From Fonticula alba ATCC 38817 (taxonomy: Eukaryota > Protista > Nucleariida): DNA of 10,563 bases. Below are positions 8,301-10,563 of the stretch, piece after piece. The notes beneath the pieces are model-generated. The model was not told where the DNA came from, searched no databases, and saw only the letters and a list, made by a program, of their open reading frames with translations. Each line of letters opens with the position of its first letter. Position 1 is the first letter of the stretch. Location of the stretch: assembly GCA_000388065.2 (NCBI GenBank), contig KB932234.1. One strand, 5' to 3'. A program made the position numbers and the translations under genes.

Positions 8301-8538
8301 GCCCCGGCAGTCCGCCGGGCCCGGGGCTGGCCGCCTCGAAGGTGGCGGCCACCGCCTCGGCATGCTTGTCGCGCGGGCCGGCCCCCTGGTACTTGGCGCG
8401 CAGGCCGGCCCCCCCGGCCGGGGCCGTGCCGGCCTCGCCGGTGGGCGACAGTGTCGGGTCTAGCCTCGAGGAGGCCGGCGGCGTGGGCGGGGCCGCGGTG
8501 CCGCCGCGCAGGCCGCCCTGTCGCGGGTCATGGCTCAT
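1..8538 (-). CDS. KIN1: Kin1/PAR-1/MARK-family Ser/Thr kinase, spliced, 3'-partial: join(8538-7097, 6845-5830, 5555-4919, 4683-4268, 4073-1237, 1014-<1), at least 2454 aa
   Basis: Kinase motifs GAGGIG, AVK, HRDLKVEN, DLG, TNCGSVYFAAPELL, GPEVDLWSLG and C-terminal KA1 motifs GLFSLAATSSKP..EIRRVLD and FEIAVVQLP..HGIRMRR. Exon lengths 1442+1016+637+416+2837+1014 give junction phases 2,1,2,1,0, each matching the downstream frame. The symbol denotes family-level similarity to fungal Kin1; orthology was not tested. Confidence 0.88.
342..363 (+). repeat. G22 homopolymer within coding exon 6 (poly-Pro)
   Basis: Counted directly; the frame is preserved across it. Confidence 0.95.
1015..1236 (-). other. 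Intron 5 (222 nt, phase 0), inside the KA1 domain
   Basis: Donor GTACGT, branch motif GACTGAC (1085-1079), first AG is CCAG at 1015. The join EIRRVLD|NQRITYHMVGTYALYCV parallels MARK [24 protein letters not shown]. Confidence 0.9.
1126..1165. repeat. 40-nt perfectly alternating pyrimidine/purine tract in intron 5
   Basis: tgtgcgcgtgcgtgtgcgcgtgcgcgtgtgtatgcgcgtg. Confidence 0.9.
1237..4073 (-). CDS. Exon 5: long low-complexity spacer and first part of KA1
   Basis: Open frame ending EKVSLRGLFSLAATSSKPPYLILDEIRRVLD at a GTACGT donor. The 5' boundary could alternatively be 4169. Confidence 0.82.
4074..4267 (-). other. Intron 4 (194 nt, phase 1; alternative in-frame acceptor at 4170)
   Basis: Donor GTGCGT, branch-like CACTCAC (4180-4174), pyrimidine-rich stretches, CCAG acceptor at 4074. 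Confidence 0.68.
4268..4683 (-). CDS. Exon 4: spacer (RHNLVALDRMALG...DEGDFAY)
   Basis: C-tract+CAG acceptor and GTGCGT donor; phases 2 and 1 fit both neighbours; mostly G/C-ending codons in this frame (CTG GTG GCC...TTC GCC TGC TAC). Confidence 0.75.
4684..4918 (-). other. Intron 3 (235 nt, phase 2)
   Basis: Donor GTGCGT, branch motif TACTGAC (4735-4729), C-tract then CAG; contains an 8-bp tandem repeat. Confidence 0.8.
4753..4797 (+). repeat. 8-bp tandem repeat (TGTGCGGG)4 plus degenerate copies in intron 3
   Basis: Four exact units 4753-4784, then TGTGCGAG and TGTGC. Confidence 0.95.
4919..5555 (-). CDS. Exon 3: kinase subdomain XI, poly-Gly linker, UBA-like segment
   Basis: G|AG gives VVSAEAKSLIMKMLTVDPSRRATLDDVLADRWV, the expected end of a CAMK-group kinase fold. 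Confidence 0.92.
5035..5193 (-). other. UBA-like segment of MARK/Kin1 kinases
   Basis: DARAVERLAEFGFKPDAIYAAL...PIVCMYQLALEK resembles the MARK UBA (xGF loop, terminal tYxLL helix) and the Kin1 PLISIYYLVREK motif, compared from memory. Confidence 0.65.
5344..5379 (+). repeat. (GCC)12 trinucleotide repeat, coding for Gly12
   Basis: Counted directly from the sequence. Confidence 0.97.
5556..5829 (-). other. Intron 2 (274 nt, phase 1)
   Basis: Donor GTGCGT, branch motif CACTGAC (5638-5632), C17 tract, ACAG acceptor; splicing completes the kinase domain. Confidence 0.93.
5738..5755 (+). repeat. (CA)9 microsatellite in intron 2
   Basis: Counted directly from the sequence. Confidence 0.95.
5830..6845 (-). 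CDS. Exon 2: linker plus kinase subdomains I-X
   Basis: Translation EEPLAA...PYRLGKVLGAGGIGTVRKARHVVTGRKYAVK...HRDLKVENIL...WPSTPVVSA. Flanked by GCAG acceptor and GTGCGT donor. Confidence 0.93.
6570..6609 (+). repeat. (GGGGCC)6 GGGG hexanucleotide repeat, coding for the PAPAPA tract
   Basis: Counted directly from the sequence. Confidence 0.97.
6846..7096 (-). other. Intron 1 (251 nt, phase 2)
   Basis: Donor GTACGT, branch motif TGCTAAC (7001-6995), first downstream AG is GCAG at 6846; frame restored. Confidence 0.8.
7097..8538 (-). CDS. Exon 1: N-terminal Pro/Gly/Ala-rich extension (MSHDPRQGG...GDSSMV)
   Basis: ATG at 8538 in context CCCCCACCACC-ATG. Open frame ending at a GTACGT donor (7096); AT|G joins in frame to exon 2. 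Confidence 0.75.
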
Positions 8539-8549
8539 GGTGGTGGGGG
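8539..8549 (-). promoter_or_regulatory. Kozak-like translation start context
   Basis: CCCCCACCACC immediately before the ATG, with A at -3. Confidence 0.55.
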
Positions 8550-9080
8550 CTGCGGGGGCGGGTGTTTTCCGCCGGGGCGAGGGCGGGGGGGGGCGAGGGC
8601 GTTGGGGGCGGCGGCGTGCGTGCGGCCGGGCGCGCGGGTCGCCGGCAGCCGAGCCAGTGAGCGAGCGGGTCAGAAACTGCCAGACAGCGAGAGGGAGGGC
8701 GGCGGCGGGGCGCGTGGGCGGCGGCGGCGGCGGCGGTCACCGCCGCCGCACGCAGAGAGCAGGGCATCCAAGCGCACCGGGAGCCCGGTCAGGTCCGGCG
8801 TCCTCCGGGGGAGGCGGCAGCCAGGCGGCGGTCTGCTCGCTGGCGCGCGGGGCAGTCGCGATCGGGTGGACCGGCGTGCGCAGGCCAGCAACATGCACCC
8901 TCTTCCGCTGGGGTGCGGCGGACGGCAAAGGGCGGAGAGAAAGACGGGGGCGCGCCCGGGCGCGTCGGCCGTGCGCACGGACTCGGCGAGGGCGAGGCGG
9001 GCGGCCGGACTCGGGGGCTGGGGCAGCGCCGACGCGAGGCAGGACCGGCGAACGAGCGGCAACCTGGCGGGGGCGGGGGG

Positions 9081-9998
9081 NNNNNNNNNNNNNNNNNNNN
9101 NNNNNNNNNNNNNNNNNNNNNNNNNNNNNNNNNNNNNNNNNNNNNNNNNNNNNNNNNNNNNNNNNNNNNNNNNNNNNNNNNNNNNNNNNNNNNNNNNNNN
9201 NNNNNNNNNNNNNNNNNNNNNNNNNNNNNNNNNNNNNNNNNNNNNNNNNNNNNNNNNNNNNNNNNNNNNNNNNNNNNNNNNNNNNNNNNNNNNNNNNNNN
9301 NNNNNNNNNNNNNNNNNNNNNNNNNNNNNNNNNNNNNNNNNNNNNNNNNNNNNNNNNNNNNNNNNNNNNNNNNNNNNNNNNNNNNNNNNNNNNNNNNNNN
9401 NNNNNNNNNNNNNNNNNNNNNNNNNNNNNNNNNNNNNNNNNNNNNNNNNNNNNNNNNNNNNNNNNNNNNNNNNNNNNNNNNNNNNNNNNNNNNNNNNNNN
9501 NNNNNNNNNNNNNNNNNNNNNNNNNNNNNNNNNNNNNNNNNNNNNNNNNNNNNNNNNNNNNNNNNNNNNNNNNNNNNNNNNNNNNNNNNNNNNNNNNNNN
9601 NNNNNNNNNNNNNNNNNNNNNNNNNNNNNNNNNNNNNNNNNNNNNNNNNNNNNNNNNNNNNNNNNNNNNNNNNNNNNNNNNNNNNNNNNNNNNNNNNNNN
9701 NNNNNNNNNNNNNNNNNNNNNNNNNNNNNNNNNNNNNNNNNNNNNNNNNNNNNNNNNNNNNNNNNNNNNNNNNNNNNNNNNNNNNNNNNNNNNNNNNNNN
9801 NNNNNNNNNNNNNNNNNNNNNNNNNNNNNNNNNNNNNNNNNNNNNNNNNNNNNNNNNNNNNNNNNNNNNNNNNNNNNNNNNNNNNNNNNNNNNNNNNNNN
9901 NNNNNNNNNNNNNNNNNNNNNNNNNNNNNNNNNNNNNNNNNNNNNNNNNNNNNNNNNNNNNNNNNNNNNNNNNNNNNNNNNNNNNNNNNNNNNNNNNN
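9081..9998. other. Assembly gap (918 N)
   Basis: Run of N characters. Confidence 1.
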
Positions 9999-10563
9999 GG
10001 GGCAGGCGTGCGGGAGCGGGTAGGCGAACGGAGGAGCAAGTCAGGAGAGGGTTAGGTGGAGAGGCTTGAGAAACGCCCGGTGCGCCCCTGGGGGCCGAAC
10101 ATCGTGCACCGCGAAATCCCCCGGGCACGGCGCCCGCCAGGGGCGATTGTGGGGTACTCCTGCGAGATTGTGGGCCTCTGCCCTGCCCCCCGGTTGACAG
10201 TCTCGCCGGGTCGCTCCGGCCGGGCCGGCGGAGCAAGAGGCATCCGGCCGGCCGCGCGCCAGTCCACGCCCCGGCCGGCCCGGGCGAGGCCCGGCCGGCC
10301 CCCGTGGAGCTGACCCGGGGGCGCGCGCTGTGTGGCACGGCGTGCGCCCCGGCCGGCCGGGGGCCAACCGGGCAGACAGCGGGGAATGCCTGGCGCTCGG
10401 GCGAGCCACGAGCGCCCGGCACCGGGGGCATACCGCCCAGCGGCCCCGGCCGGCCGGGGGAGGGCGTGCATTCAACGCCAGGCGCAGCTGCCAATGGGGC
10501 CGGGCGCCGGCCGGGCGACACCGCTCCCGGGTTAATCCCCGGGCCCTGGCGTCCCCCGGAGGC

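Noticed and set aside
10048-10056. Telomere-like GGGTTAGG
   Set aside because: Single copy, not tandem; better explained as a branch-like CTAAC on the minus strand or as chance.
5141-10069. Long plus-strand ORFs (5141-7159, 7135-8463, 7976-10069) and ORFs crossing the N run
   Set aside because: Shadow frames of the kinase gene, or lengths inflated by undetermined bases; no domain motifs.
10491-10495. CCAAT box
   Set aside because: An isolated 5-mer with no known transcription start or TATA context.
1-10563. CRISPR array, transposon, tRNA/rRNA or prokaryotic operon
   Set aside because: No repeat-spacer periodicity, terminal repeats, transposase/RT motifs or recognisable structural RNA; the sequence is a spliced eukaryotic gene.

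Overview
Eukaryotic, very GC-rich scaffold segment (roughly 75-80% by eye, not computed) with a 918-nt assembly gap at 9081-9998. Positions 1-8538 hold one minus-strand, six-exon gene for a giant Kin1/PAR-1/MARK-family (CAMK group) Ser/Thr kinase. Reconstructed CDS: complement(join(<1..1014,1237..4073,4268..4683,4919..5555,5830..6845,7097..8538)) = 7362 nt, 2454 codons, still open at the left edge. All five GT-AG introns (194-274 nt) have GTRCGT donors and CTRAC/CTCAC branch motifs, and all five junctions restore the frame. Architecture: ~590-aa N-terminal extension, kinase domain (DFG is DLG), Gly-rich linker, UBA-like segment, long low-complexity spacer, and a C-terminal KA1 domain split by a ~280-aa insert. 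Most other ORFs in the track are GC-bias shadows. Kin1-type motifs plus this composition and intron style suggest a fungus-related protist such as Fonticula (inference only). I found no mobile element, RNA gene, CRISPR array or new multi-gene system. The points of interest are the protein architecture and the splicing signals.
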